From assembly GCA_038496445.1 (NCBI GenBank), contig JALMLS010000336.1, positions 124,001-188,000 of the forward strand: DNA of 64,000 bases, written 5' to 3'. Below are positions 50,481-63,570 of this stretch, one piece after another. The notes beneath the pieces were generated by a model, which was not told the DNA's origin, did no database searches, and worked only from the letters and a program-made list of their open reading frames with translations. The position numbers and the translations under genes are program-made. This DNA is from Trichosphaerium sp. ATCC 40318. Lineage: Eukaryota; Protista; Tubulinea. Numbering within the stretch: position 1 is the first letter of the stretch; every line of letters begins with the position of its first letter.

Positions 50481-50735
50481 ACAAACAAAAAAAGAGCTTT
50501 TTTAGTAATTTTAAAGCGGTCATTCGTTGTTGTAAAGACCCAGACAATAAACTTATACGCTATACAGAGCTTTTCGTCATGTTTTTGTTTGTACTTTCTA
50601 AAACGACTAAAATGGTATCATTCTACGCTGTCCCTGTCGCAACGATGCGTGGGTCAGTCATTAAAACGAAAACGTCATGATGCAGTACAAAACAGGTATA
50701 TTTGAAATGAGCTGAGCTCAAGGTGCGTTTTAATA

Positions 50736-51398
50736 TTACTTTTTCTCTTCTGCAGCCTTTTTATCTTCTTCGGCCTTTTTGTCCTCAGCAGCCTTCTTCT
50801 CTTCTTCAGCTTTCTTGTCTTTATCAGCGTCTTTGGCTGGTACTTTTCTTGCTCTTGGCTTCCTTGGTTTTCTCTCACGCTTTGTTGGAGGTGGGTCGGC
50901 GTCAACTTGACGATTTTGCATCTCCCACCTTTTTGGAGTGATTGTTTTGACGCTGGTTGGATTAACTCCTGCGTCTAGTTCCTCTTTAATGCAATCAGTT
51001 ACCATTTGGTACTGGCGCAAAAGAGTCAAGCCAGCAAAATCTTCAGCAACGATTTCGATCTATACAGCGCACGCGTGAGGTCACTAATGAAGTATTGTAG
51101 AGTACCTTAAAATGCGTTTCTGAGCCTTTTGGCACGTTATGCCTTGAACTGTCGTTAATAACATTCAAGAACGCTGGTTTGAATTTTGAGTGAAGCTTCT
51201 CGTATATTGCGCCCTCAATTCGGCCTCTGTTTTTCACTTCTGGTGTTTCTTCAGGTTTATCTGCATACCACCTGCGTACTTGCACAGCGTTACGTCGCGT
51301 AACTACAGAGCGTCTTGCTATACTCAATGGTTAATTTGCTAATTCTACTTGATGCACTACCCACCTACTGGTCTAACACGAATGAATCGTCCAAGCAT
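50736..51398 (-). CDS. Mitochondrial BolA-family protein with K/E/A-rich repeat tail
   Basis: Presequence MLGRFIRVRPVARRSVV; BolA1-type LNVINDSSRHNVPKGSETHFK.EIVAEDFAG; tail KKAEEEKKAAEDKK. Confidence 0.82.
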
Positions 51399-51579
51399 AG
51401 TGACACTACTTTGAGGATGAGCAATAGTCCAGTACGACAAAGTCTTTTGTGGGCTTTTTTTCGCTTCATTAAAAATTGGACCTTTCAAGCAGTTCACGCC
51501 TCAAATGACGCTGTGAGGTTAATGCGCCACTCAAAGACTCTAATACAATCAATTATTGGCGTTCAGCACTTTAACGTTG

Positions 51580-53354
51580 ATGTTACGCGTCATATGCCAG
51601 TGTCGTCCATCAGGGCGAGTGCGCGAACGTGCTTGTGGGGCTAAGAACGCAACGTCTCGACAATCTAAAGCTTATCACATTACAGCGCATTGCACTGATC
51701 TAACAATGGACTCAAGAGACATTTTACAGGCACATTTTCCCAAGAGAGCTCATTTACACACAGCGAAAGTGCTATTCAAAAAGGGGCAAATGAGCGAAGC
51801 TCTAGAGCAATTTGATCGCTTAGAAGAACTTGGAGCTGTTCTATCTCCAGAAGACAACTTGTTTAAACATCACCTGATGCTTAGATGCCATCGCTACAGC
51901 GATATAATAAAAGAGTTTGAGACGCGCTTATCAAATCACAGCGTTGGTACACTTCCTGGTGTTGGGACTGCGTACGAGAAGGCTGGTGATGAGCACCAGA
52001 CGTTTGATATTGCAGATCAAGTCATTGGAAGCAGTATGGGAGACGAGGTAAGTAGAATTGGATGTTTTCTCATTTTTTTTTTCTTTTTTTGTGCTTCTCC
52101 TTGTTGATGCGTTTGACGCTTTAGGTGAATTCAAATCCGGCTGCTTGTAGTGGTATTCTAAAGAACGCACTTCATGCAAGTGCATCAGCGATTACGAAAC
52201 ATTTGGATGTGAATAAGAAATATCTAGGTGAGTATTGTTATTAGGTGTCTTCTCAATTTTTTCTTTTTTTGAAAGGTTGTCAAACAAAAATTGAGTAACC
52301 TTTTTATTTTCGTCATTTACAACCGTAATATATGTAAACAGTTATAAATTACTTGAGAAGAGAAGTTCAAGAATATTTTAATGGGCGCTTAGCGCTTCAA
52401 ATCTCTTTTTGTTTTTTTTTTGATTCATTCAAACACCTGACTAAGTTTTGTTGTAGATGAAGTAACACCTCTGACTTTTTTGGAATTACTTACACAATAT
52501 AATTTATCTGTTGATAACAGTGATTACTTTGTTGTTTTACAAGCGCTAAGTTATACACGCAAGCACCAACTATTTCTTCGTGTATTTGAACAATATGTTG
52601 AAAGTGGTACGTACTCGCTTTTTATTCTCTCCTCCTTTCAAAGAGTTTGTCTTTGGCTTCATTACTTTATAAGAATTTAAACAACATGTCAATGTAACTT
52701 TACGGATGAGAAGTACATCCACACGTGTCAATGTCGTGTTCTTTTGTTGAGTGCTAATTTTTCCTTTTTTTTCTTCTAGGCTTGCCACAAGAGCCAAAGT
52801 TTATCAAGTTAATGTTACAGACAATGCTTATTACTGGTGATTTTGATACAGCAGTTAAAACCACACATTTGGATTCAGATGCAATGGTGCCCGAACTACA
52901 TCCTCTTCTTGTAAGGGTTGCAAGGTAACAAAGAGCTTCTTCTTTTTCTTTTTTTTTCTTTTTTGTTTTCCAGCTTTTCGCTTATCGGCTTCCTTCTAGT
53001 GCACAAATCAATCGTATTAAGATACCTACTCATTTACCTGCTTTATTTATTGCTATGGATACAAGTGATACACTAGATGCTGTATCTGGTGTTCTGCTGT
53101 CTCTGAGGAAGATATATAATTCAAAAACATCAATGGTCATTATAGACTTTACAAGAAATGATATGTTAATACTTTTGGGTTCTGTAAAGAAGCTTATTGG
53201 TAGTATAGAAAATGGTATAAATGATATACCTAATAATGAACATAATCAAACACGTGCTTTGACTCTTTTTTTTAAGAGTTGCTTAACACAAATGTGGGAA
53301 AGTTGGAGAGAACTTAATACAACGTACTCATTGTCAAATAAATCAAAACAATAA
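51580..53354 (+). CDS. Helical-repeat (PPR/TPR-like) protein, probably mitochondrial; ends uncertain
   Basis: Arg-rich N-terminus; helical repeats such as LFKKGQMSEALEQFDRLEELG and DYFVVLQALSYTRKHQLFLRVFEQY. Multi-exon. Confidence 0.5.
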
Positions 53355-53996
53355 TGTAAGAAAAAAAACCAATATGATTGTTTTTAACTGCAATAATTTC
53401 ACGCAGTTCCCATTCCTTTCCCGTTTTCCAAAAACATCCTTAAATCAACTTACTTTACTTTGCCTAAAAAACCAGTTTTATGGAACTGTGAATGCCTTAC
53501 TAATCATGGTTGCTCACTTGAGGCTCGGGATGGCGCGCAACATACTGTCGTACTAACACTTCAATAAGTACCAGCGATTATGCAGTTTGTTAAGTTGCCC
53601 TGACATTGTTTGACGCAGTTCGTTAACGTGACAAAGGCTTCATAAGCTTGTTTTCCCCTCTTCTTTAATACCTGGCGGTAGTACAGCTGAAAATGTCATG
53701 TTTGTCTCGTCTATTAGTTTCTTGTGCTTATTTAATCACGTGTATTGATTTATAAGCAAAACAACCAAAAGATGGCGATTTAAGCTAGTTTTGAAATGTT
53801 CCGATTTAGAGCACGTGTGATAAATTGGTATCGTCAAACTGGTATCGTGTGATGTCGTGACTACGATGTAAACCAGGTACTACATAGTTACTGCACCAGA
53901 GTTGACTTCAAACCAAAAAAAACTCAAGAAACAAACAACTTATCGGAGAAAGGCTTTCTACGTTAAAATTTTAACTTAAAACAAGGCCTGACTGTG

Positions 53997-56900
53997 ATGA
54001 ATTGTATCTACGCCTTGGTTCTATTATTCTTAGCAAAACTGACTTACCAAGCTCCGCCTATTGCCGGAGGACCAGGGTATGCACTTAGCGCATATGATAA
54101 AGGAGATTACTTAGCCGGAGAAAATGTACAGCTTTTTGGGACACCTGATTTTACAGTTGAATATTGGATGGCTGCTAGAACACCCTCTAATTTCTATCCT
54201 GTTATTTCTTACGCTGTGGCACGTGGAGAAGGTAGCGGTCGTATTGGGCAGTTTGATGATCAAAGGTGAGCGCAGTTTTGTTTTTTTGTGAAGAAGTTGT
54301 TTGAGGCTTTCGTTTAAGGTCTTAATAGGATTGCAATGATGCACGGATCGTCTATATTTATATTTTGTATGGATGCCACAGTATCTTTAGATGTTCCTCT
54401 TGAAAGCGGATGGCATCATTGGGCTATGACGTATAAAGGAGACTCAAATATTTTCAGAGTCTATTATGTAAACAACTATCCATTGAAACTGTTTTGTTTT
54501 TTTGACGTCTACTAGGATGGCCAAGTTATGTACAATGGTACACTGACAGGAAGGGATACGGTCGTTGGCATAGAAAATGGAGGAACAATCGTCATTGGCC
54601 AAGAACAGGTACGTCAATCAAAATCTAAAAAACTCCGAAATTGGGAACTTAAAAACTGCAGGATAGTAGTTTGGGCAATTTCGATCAACTTGCTTCTTTT
54701 CAAGGTTCTATAGATGAAATACGTATATGGCAGATACAAAGAACAGGTACCGACGACAAGCGTTTCAAAAATAATTCACGTGATTAAACGTATTTTTTGT
54801 TTGAAAACAGAAGCCGAAATACAAGAGCACATGAACATTGGATTGACTGGAACAGAACCAGGTCTCTCTGCTTTGTTTAACTTCGAATCATTCGATAGTA
54901 TTGAAAATAAGGTATGATATGCGCCATTATTCCTACGCTTTCGAGACGCGCCATTGTCTGTACACGATAATTAAGTTAAAGCTAATTTTTGTGTTTTTTT
55001 TTATAGTACACCAATCAAGCGAGCCTAACGCAAGACTTGTTTGTAAGTCATTGGGATATAGAGAAGGATACTTACACTATAGGAAATACAACAAAAGGAC
55101 CTATTCAAGGTTTATCAACTGCACCGTTGTCGAGTTTAGGAAGACCTACTATTATTTTCACAAACGACATCGATGAACGGGTAAGAAATAGCAAAATATT
55201 GTCTCGTATTTTCTCATAACAATGCCAGGTTATCACCTTAAACGCCGTTGATTTTGATGGAGACGCTTTGGTGTTCGCTTTGGATACCCTTCCATCTCAA
55301 GGAAACTTATTTATGTATGATGGTCAGAGCAAGCTCGCGCAAATCACAACAACTGGTTCACGTTAGTTCAAATAATATATAATCCATAAAATATCCTTAA
55401 AATTCTCTAGCAATATTGGGAAATCAAGTAATATTCGTTCCAAATAGTAACACTGTAATGAACGATAGCTTCACATACACGGTATCCGACGGTGTTGACA
55501 CATCAAGTGGTACGTACATTAACCATAAACTCACTCTCTAAAAGCATACAAAAGGTCAAATTATTATTCTACAAAACAATGCACCTACAGCGTATTCTGC
55601 CACCTACGATTCAGGTATGTTAATTTAGTTTTCTTTCATCTTTCTGATTTTTCTCGCTATTGTTGCTCTAATAATTTCTTTTCAGAGGAGGATTTAGAGT
55701 TGATATTGACGCTCACTTGCAGCGATCCAGATGGTGGTTTTATTGGTGCAACAATTACTTCTTTACCTACACAAGGATCGTTGTATCAAATTAAAACGGA
55801 TAGAACAACCAGAGGTACGTTTAAACGAGAAAATATACAAATAGTATAATGACTCTAAATCCAAAAAGGGGAACGCATCGTTTTACCAAATACAGCACTT
55901 ACACGTGACTCGAACATTGTTTTATTTGTTCCTCCATTAAATGGAGCAAATATACGCTCTACGTTCACTTTTGATTGCAGAGATGATAATAGTATACACT
56001 CAGCAGCAGCTATGGTTGATGTCGATTTGGAAGCTTTTGATGACAAGGTATGTCACAAGCTTTCTTGTTTTTTTTTCCCACTTTTTTGGTTATTCACTCA
56101 ATGCTTAGGCATTTGTCGGTGGCGCCTTATATGCTTTATCATTCGGTGGTATTGGTCAGAGAGTATCATTTATAATTCCTGGAAATGTACCGGATATACG
56201 AGGAATCGATTTATGGATAAAACCTGGGGTACATTTTTGTTAAGATGATTTCATTTTTAACATTTGTATTTAGGCTAAGGATGAAATGTCTTTAATGTCT
56301 TTTGGTCATTTCGAACTTGCATTAAGGTTAGGAAGTGTTCCTAATATGTATAATCTATACTCAAGTTACACGGACGCCGGTGGCGATAAAATTATAACAG
56401 CACGTTTCGGGGAAGTACATACAAACGTGTGGTCTCACATCGCTTGTGATTTTACTATTGAAGATGGGATATCTTTTTACGTCAATGGTGACTATGTTGG
56501 TTCCACTGGGAGTATAGGTTTCGGAAGCATCACTGTAAATACAAACTTTGACATTGGTGGATCATCAGAACACGGATACTACACAGGCGATATCGACGAA
56601 GTGAGTTTCTTTCTTTTTTTTTTTGTGATATTAATGTACCACGTTTTAGATGCGTTTGTGGAGCATCCCTTTTAGAAATCAAACGGATCTATACTTATTA
56701 AAAGATTCACTTGTAACTGGTCTTGAGACAACCCTCATATCTTCATGGAGTTTTGATGAAGGTGTTGGTAACATAGTAAAGTCAATTGGACTATTTACAA
56801 TACGGTACTAAGTGCAAAAAGTTACTTTCGGGTTTCTGACTTTTTTCTTAGTGGTACTCTTACTGGTTCTTCGTTGATACCTTCTTGGACTACATCGACT

Positions 56901-59900
56901 ATGCCTGGTCATAATACTGTAGTTCTTGATGAAGATAGTGAAGGGGTATATTTTAAAGTACCATGGGCTGACGTAGAAGGAGATAGAGTTGCTGCAGTTG
57001 TTTTGAGCCTTCCAACCAAAGGAACATTGTATCAAGTACTGATTTGTCATTATCGATTATTCTTAATTCCATCTTGCTTACTTGGAAACATAGGTAAACG
57101 AAGATGGAAGTATAGGCGCTAGGTTTGAGCCAACAGATTTTTACCAGGTAATTCTCGGCAGTTTTTAAGGAAAGGCTGATAATGTTGTTAGTCTTGGCTA
57201 TCCGATCAGCCGCCAATCGCTCAATGGGTTTCTAACGCCACTAATTGGTCGTCTCAATGGGGAAATGGACCTTCTTATTTCGCTTCCCAGCTTATAGGAG
57301 AACCAGAAACGTTTGATGAGACGAAATCGAAGCAACAAAGCGGGTATGAGGCTAAACTCTTTAAATGAATCAAGTTTCAAGTTTAAACTTTGTTATAGTG
57401 ATAGCGTATTTGCTTGGTCTCCATTAACTCAATGTGCTCGAGAATGGTCACGTGCGTAAATATGTTAATGCGAAAATACTAAAGGTATTCAAGAAAATGC
57501 TACGAGTGTCGAGTTTGTTGAAATTGAATTTGAGCAGGAAGTTTTTGTGACTGGTTTCGAGTTTTATGAGAGTTACAACCCAGGTGCTGTTGCAGAGATT
57601 TATCTACTCAACGAACACGGTGATTGGGTAGTATTATATGATGAAGGATTCAGGGTTATGCCTAATATATATAACGTGTTTCAACCAACAATACAATGTC
57701 AACGTATGTTGATAGGAGATCTTGTTTCTTATTTTTTTTCTTAAACGCAGCTTGTAACTTTTATATAGGTCTCTTTAAGACAAGACATGTTAGAATTATT
57801 CACGATACATGCAATGCCCAAGGTTGGAATGAGATTGATGCCATCAGAATGACGGGTGTACAATACAAAAAAGCTGTACGGAGGGTTTTAATTTTATTTG
57901 TTCCTTACTTGTTTTTTCTTTAAACAGGGTGTCATTGAGAATACAAACTCTCTTCTCTATTACGTTCCACATCCAAATAAAAATGGTATTGATACTATAG
58001 AATATACAGCAATAGATTGCCCTTATCGAGTAGACAGAGAAAGCAAACCTGGTTTCATTACATGTACGTCTTGAGTTGACTCATGGTTTCTTCGTTTTTA
58101 ATTAATTGACATTTTTCTGGATAGTTAATATATCGAGAGTGAATGATTATCCAGTAAATGAACCAGCTGTAACTGTTAAGGGTATGTCTAACGAAGATAC
58201 CTTTATTTTCATAAACATGACCGACATTGATAACCGGAACATTTCATTGGCGATAACAAGGTGGCCAGTTTATGGTGAACTATGGGCTGTACGATAAAAA
58301 CTATACTCAATCTTACAAAAAATCACGTGTCTTACATCTACAAGGTTTCCAATGCAAATGAAACTACAGAACAACTCAGAGCCCTACCGTAAGTCGTTTA
58401 GCAATAATTGCCAGCGTAATCTTTTGTTGTTTTTAACTCTAGTATACAGTCGTAATGCATCGTTGGAGAACGGATTTGTTGTTTACAGACATATCAAAGG
58501 AACTTGTGGTATTGAGTTTGATTTCTTTGAGTACAAGCTTTGTGATACTTCTCTTTGTTCAAACAATTCTAAGGTAAGCCTCTAACTACTTTCCGTCTAA
58601 GGCAGTTAATGTTTATAGGTCACTCTCGATATTTTCTGTAAGCCAGGAAGTCATGTTATCCATGATTACGTCAAAATAGCAATTGGTATCATTACAGGAT
58701 TTCTTATCCTTGCTGCTTTTTGTCTTCTCTTGTTCACATTCTATGGCGGATATATTTATACATATCCTCAGATTAAGGTATTATTAATTATGCTTCAAAG
58801 GGTGTTAAGGCTGATATTGTTTTGTGTAGATTGCTTCACCTCCGTTTTTGTTGATTATAATTTTCGGCGGTATTCTTGCTTATAGTACAGTCTTTGTATG
58901 GATGCTAGAAGTCACTAAAGCCACTTGTATCATACGAGTATGGACTCTTGCCTTTGGCACAATTCTTATGTTCACGTGCGTTCATCTGAATCCAAACCTC
59001 AAACCGTTTTGTTCAACATTGTACTAAGATGTTTGGTTAGTGGTATGTTTGTTAAGACGTGGCGTATCTACAAGATATTCAGGAACAAGTCTATCAAAAT
59101 ATTCAGTGTGCCTGACTACAAGCTATGGCTTATTGCTGGAATTGTTTCCGTAAGATCAAAACACGTTCTTGGTATTTTCCTGTTATATTTACTCCAGTTC
59201 TTGTAGAGCATTGGTATTGTTTTATTGCTTATTTTCAGTTTCGTCGACCCACCTGCAGTAAAATCACGTGTAAACCCATCAGACCCTTCTAAGACATTTT
59301 TAACATGCACCACTAATTATTGGACAATGGGTTCTATCGTTGCTGCTTTGGTACGATCTTACAAACTAGAAAAGAAAAAAAAAGGCTAACAAGTATTTTC
59401 TTTTAGAGCGTTCTTGTCATTTGGGGTGTCTTCCTTGCTATTGGCGTAAGAAAAGTAAGCTCAGTGTATAACGAAAGCAAGTACATTGGAATCAGTATAT
59501 ACGGGTTCGCTGGTATTGCAACAATCGCTGTACGTGACGAAGTCTTTCTTCAATCAACAATCAACTAAAAACCAAGATTTAAACATAACTTTTATACTAG
59601 GTACCGACTTTAATTTTGGTTAACACCAACCCCCTCCATACATTTGTGATTATCAGTATTTGCACTATACTTGCTGTAACGACGAGTATTTGGGTACTGT
59701 TTGTACCTAAACTAATTTCTTTGGCAAAGGGAGAAGACTTAAAAGCGAAGCACTTAAAACATAAGAATGCAAATAGCATAAAAGATCTCAATGCATCCCT
59801 TCAGGCTTCTAAAATGGATGCTTCAGCGCTTAAACGTCATCTAGACGAAAAGAATAATGAGCTTGATCAGAAGAATGCCTTGATTGAGAAACAACAAAGA

Positions 59901-60086
59901 AGAATAGAAGAGTTAAAGAAAAAACTACACAAAGATAAAGGATCACTTAGAAATCATAGTATTGGTATAAAGAAGAGATCTGGTCCTATGGTTGTTAATG
60001 TATCAATGTCAGAGTCAGTATCATCGGAAATTACAGAACAGGATACAACAGATGCAACACAAACATCAAATATCATTGATGCCTAA
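53997..60086 (+). CDS. Class C (GABA-B-like, 7tm_3) GPCR with a large LamG / cadherin-like / jelly-roll ectodomain and a C-terminal coiled coil
   Basis: 7TM motifs IKIASPPF, GMFVKTWRIYKIF, YNESKYIGISIY and LFVPK. Ectodomain: two LamG-like domains (WHHWAMTY..IGQEQD..GSIDEIRIW; WSHIA..GDIDE), repeated D.DGD/LPT.G.LYQ units, and a SSQW..AWSP..ESYNPGAV..EIDAI domain. More than 20 introns. Confidence 0.85.
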
Positions 60087-60160
60087 GAGCGACTAACAAA
60101 AAAAAAATAAAAAATCAAGCGTTTGGGTATCACGTGTACCGGAAAGTACGCTTGTAAAAA

Positions 60161-60734
60161 TCATCCTGTGTAAATAATACTAGCTAATAAATAGTCGCTA
60201 TAACCTGAACCAAGTATATTTTGGACTCTTAGACTCATTACAATCGAAACAGTGTCGAGGATACAAAATATCTGCACTTTTTCCAAAAATGACTTGCCAT
60301 GACTCAGACCATCTAAATTACAGCCCCGTGAATACACAATACCGTTTGAATCAACTGCAAGGCTATGACAGCATCCAGCAGCAATACAAACAATATTTAT
60401 GAGTGACTTTATTGGTCTAGCGATAGAATTCTTGATTTCGTCTGTATTACCTAATTGGTGGTGATAGTTTCTTCCCCAATCGTCGAGCAGCGATTAGCAT
60501 TGAATGTTCAAAACCAGCGGCCAAACGTTAGCATATCGTAAATTAACACCCAAAGTTTGACGTACTGCTATAAATCACGTGGTCTTGACCTTTTTGTATT
60601 TTGACAGAGACAAAAGGTCCTGTACCCAGGTTATTTCGATTTGTATTATGTAAAAAACCTGTACATACCTCAAGCAGTGAAAATAAACAAACAAAATCTT
60701 CCACCACGCTGTTACATTTAACTCCTGAAGCCAC
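60161..60734 (-). pseudogene. RCC1-repeat gene remnant
   Basis: WGRNYHHQLG...IVCIAAGCCHSLAVDSNGIVYSRG is an RCC1 blade. The flanking blades are broken by stops and frameshifts. Confidence 0.68.
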
Positions 60735-61474
60735 GTATCAATAAATCGAAAACTTGTTCTTTTTTAGCTAAGTCTCAAACCGTGCACCTTAACAATGGAG
60801 CTATTCGTTTAGGTATACACTCACATACGTAAAACCACTTATATGAGAGACGAAGACGTATAAAAATGGACCCCAAGGGACATAGAGGAAGCAGTGTACA
60901 AACTCATTGCTTTACGCAAACGGCGTTCTCGTGGACGAGCCACACGAAAACAGCAAAAATGCAACGGAGAAAGATCAAGATTAAAACTTAAAAGCGGCAC
61001 TTGTTATAAAGAACAAGAAGATAGAGCAACGCTTCTCATGAAACAAGCAATAGCAAAAAGAAGAGCTACATTTGAAAGGCTTTAAGTTTGGAATGTTATC
61101 TGAAATGGAGTTTAGATAGCAATGTAGAGCAGTAATAAGGTTTGTAACGGAAATACAATGTGTTTTTTTGCTATGTCTCATAACAAATTATGATGTAAAC
61201 GTTGGAGAAGTGTAGAGAGTCGAGGACGAACGTCATACTTTAACATCTAGACCATGCAGTAGGTACCTTAAAAGATGTGGTGTTGGCTACCTCACAACAC
61301 AATCAACGAGATGTAAAAATTGTGCTAATGGTAAACATTTTGAGCTGTTTGGCTATGAACTTTCGTTGTGGTGATAAATGTCCACAGAACGTTGTAATAA
61401 CAGCTCAGGTCTGACTCAATCAATGTCAAAGGAATGAAAAGTAAAGTAATTAATGATTTTTTAATTGTGCTTGA

Positions 61475-63570
61475 TCAAGTTGTATTGAATTGTACAAGTT
61501 CTAAAATACCACCTACAAGAAAAAAGGTACCAGTGACAAAAGCATGGATTTTTCTTTTCTTTGACCGTTGTTCTAGTACACCCAACGCTTCATTAATAGT
61601 AGGAATAACCTCTAGTTTTGTATCAACATTCGGCCAAAATGACTTCATTTGTTCTTGCCAATCCAAGTTTTTATCTGGCTTACTTACACTTATATTAGAG
61701 TCATCAAGACGTGTTGTAGGATCAATCTTAGGTGATGTAAAGTATATAGTATCAAAGGATAATCCTTGTTTTGTCGTAGTTTCATGTATTGCTTCAAGGA
61801 GCACCTTGGGATGCCTAGAATGGCTGCAGTTGAAAAGTAAAACTCTTTCAACTTGTTCATCGTCTTGACTTGTATCCTCTTTATATGTAGAGCAAAACCA
61901 ATTTGTACATGCCTTAATACTTTCTGGCGTATGTGCACCATCAAGGTAGAAAGTCACAGATCCACCAAAACACTCTAAAACTTGCGATCTGCCTTAAGTT
62001 GATGTTAAGCAAACTTATTGAAAAAAAACCAAAAACAATTTTTAAGCGCTTACCAGGTAATACAGTATCCTTTAATCCTTTCTTGAATATATCATCTATA
62101 TTAAATAAAGGCGCATACGGTACTTTTGATTCATTTGCGCTATCTACGATCATATTTTTTTCCGATTTTTTTCCAGTTTTTTTTTCTAACCAAGCCTGAG
62201 CCAATGCCACCGCCAATGATGCGTTTGTAACTTGATGATCTCCCTTTAATCCCAATTCTATTTTAGATGTTTCTTGAGCAAAATAATGATCAAGAGGACG
62301 TGTCATGAGTAGTTTAGTGTCTTGATGTGCTTGAGCCCTTCTAATGAGTTCATTTAAAGCACTAGACTCTTGCGGAACAGTGATAGCTTGAACACCTTTT
62401 AATAAATGTTAACTCAAACAAAACTGTAATCAACTATGAGTGCATACCATCTTTAAAGATTCCTGATTTCTCATAAGCTATTTCTTTTAGTGTATTCCCT
62501 AGTAAGTTCATATGATCGTAATCAAGTTTTGTAACCCTAAATAAGCATGTTTGTGAGGAGGGAGATTGGTTAATATTATTATTGTACATACGCTGTAACA
62601 GCTGGAGATTTGAAGCAATTTGTTGCATCTGTTCTTCCTCCAATACCAACTTCCATAATAACACAATCAACGTTTTCCTCTTGGAATACACGCATTGATA
62701 GAAGTGTCATATAACGGAACCATATAGGCATATCAGCAGGTGATTTCTAGAAAACTTATGCGAATGACAAACACAGATGGCTTTCGGATTTTTTTCTTAA
62801 ATGGGTGCTCAATAAACCGTTCATGCAACGGAACTTTGCAACAATTAGATTGTAACTAACAGTATGCCAAATGGAAAAAGATGATAGTATGTTGTTAATA
62901 CACAACTTGGTTTTCTTCACGCCACAAAAATAAAACGCCATGTGAACACTTCAGTTTGTACGTACTTTACTGCTCTCTAGTGATTCCCACACATTCCAAA
63001 AGTGCTTTGCAAACATGTCTTCTCCAATTGCCTTGCCATTGATCCGTATACGTTCTCGAACAGTAATCAAGTGTGGAGAAGAAAACAAGCCTGTTTTTGT
63101 TAACGTTAAAACGAGATGAAAGCTTTTGGAAGTTTTCTCGTTTGAAATAACGTTTGTACCTGTTTTAAAGCCTTGATTACGTAAAATAGACTCTACAAAA
63201 GCGCATGTGGAGCCTTTTCCTTTTGTTCCGGCAACATGAACTACTTTTGGTCCTAGTTTCGTTAACTACCTTGTAATTAGCGTCATTAAGTTTTATTGCG
63301 TACGTTTACGCCTATTCTGTTGGCAAAACTGGTCATTTCTTCGCTTAGGTCTATTTCCAAGTTACTTCGCCTTGCTTTCTCCCAACTAGCCTTTGCAGCG
63401 TTGTTTGACATGAGGGAGGTGTTCATTACATCCAAAGCCTCCTTTTTCTTTCATTGGCGTTATATTCTCTCGTAATAGCGTACCTTGTACGTGTGATGCT
63501 TCATAGCGCTAGTTTTAGAGCTTTTCATCCTATTCCTTGCTACAGTATTTCTCAGCCTGCTCGCAAGCAT
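61475..63570 (-). CDS. FPGS: Folylpolyglutamate synthase
   Basis: [68 protein letters not shown]. Confidence 0.93.
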
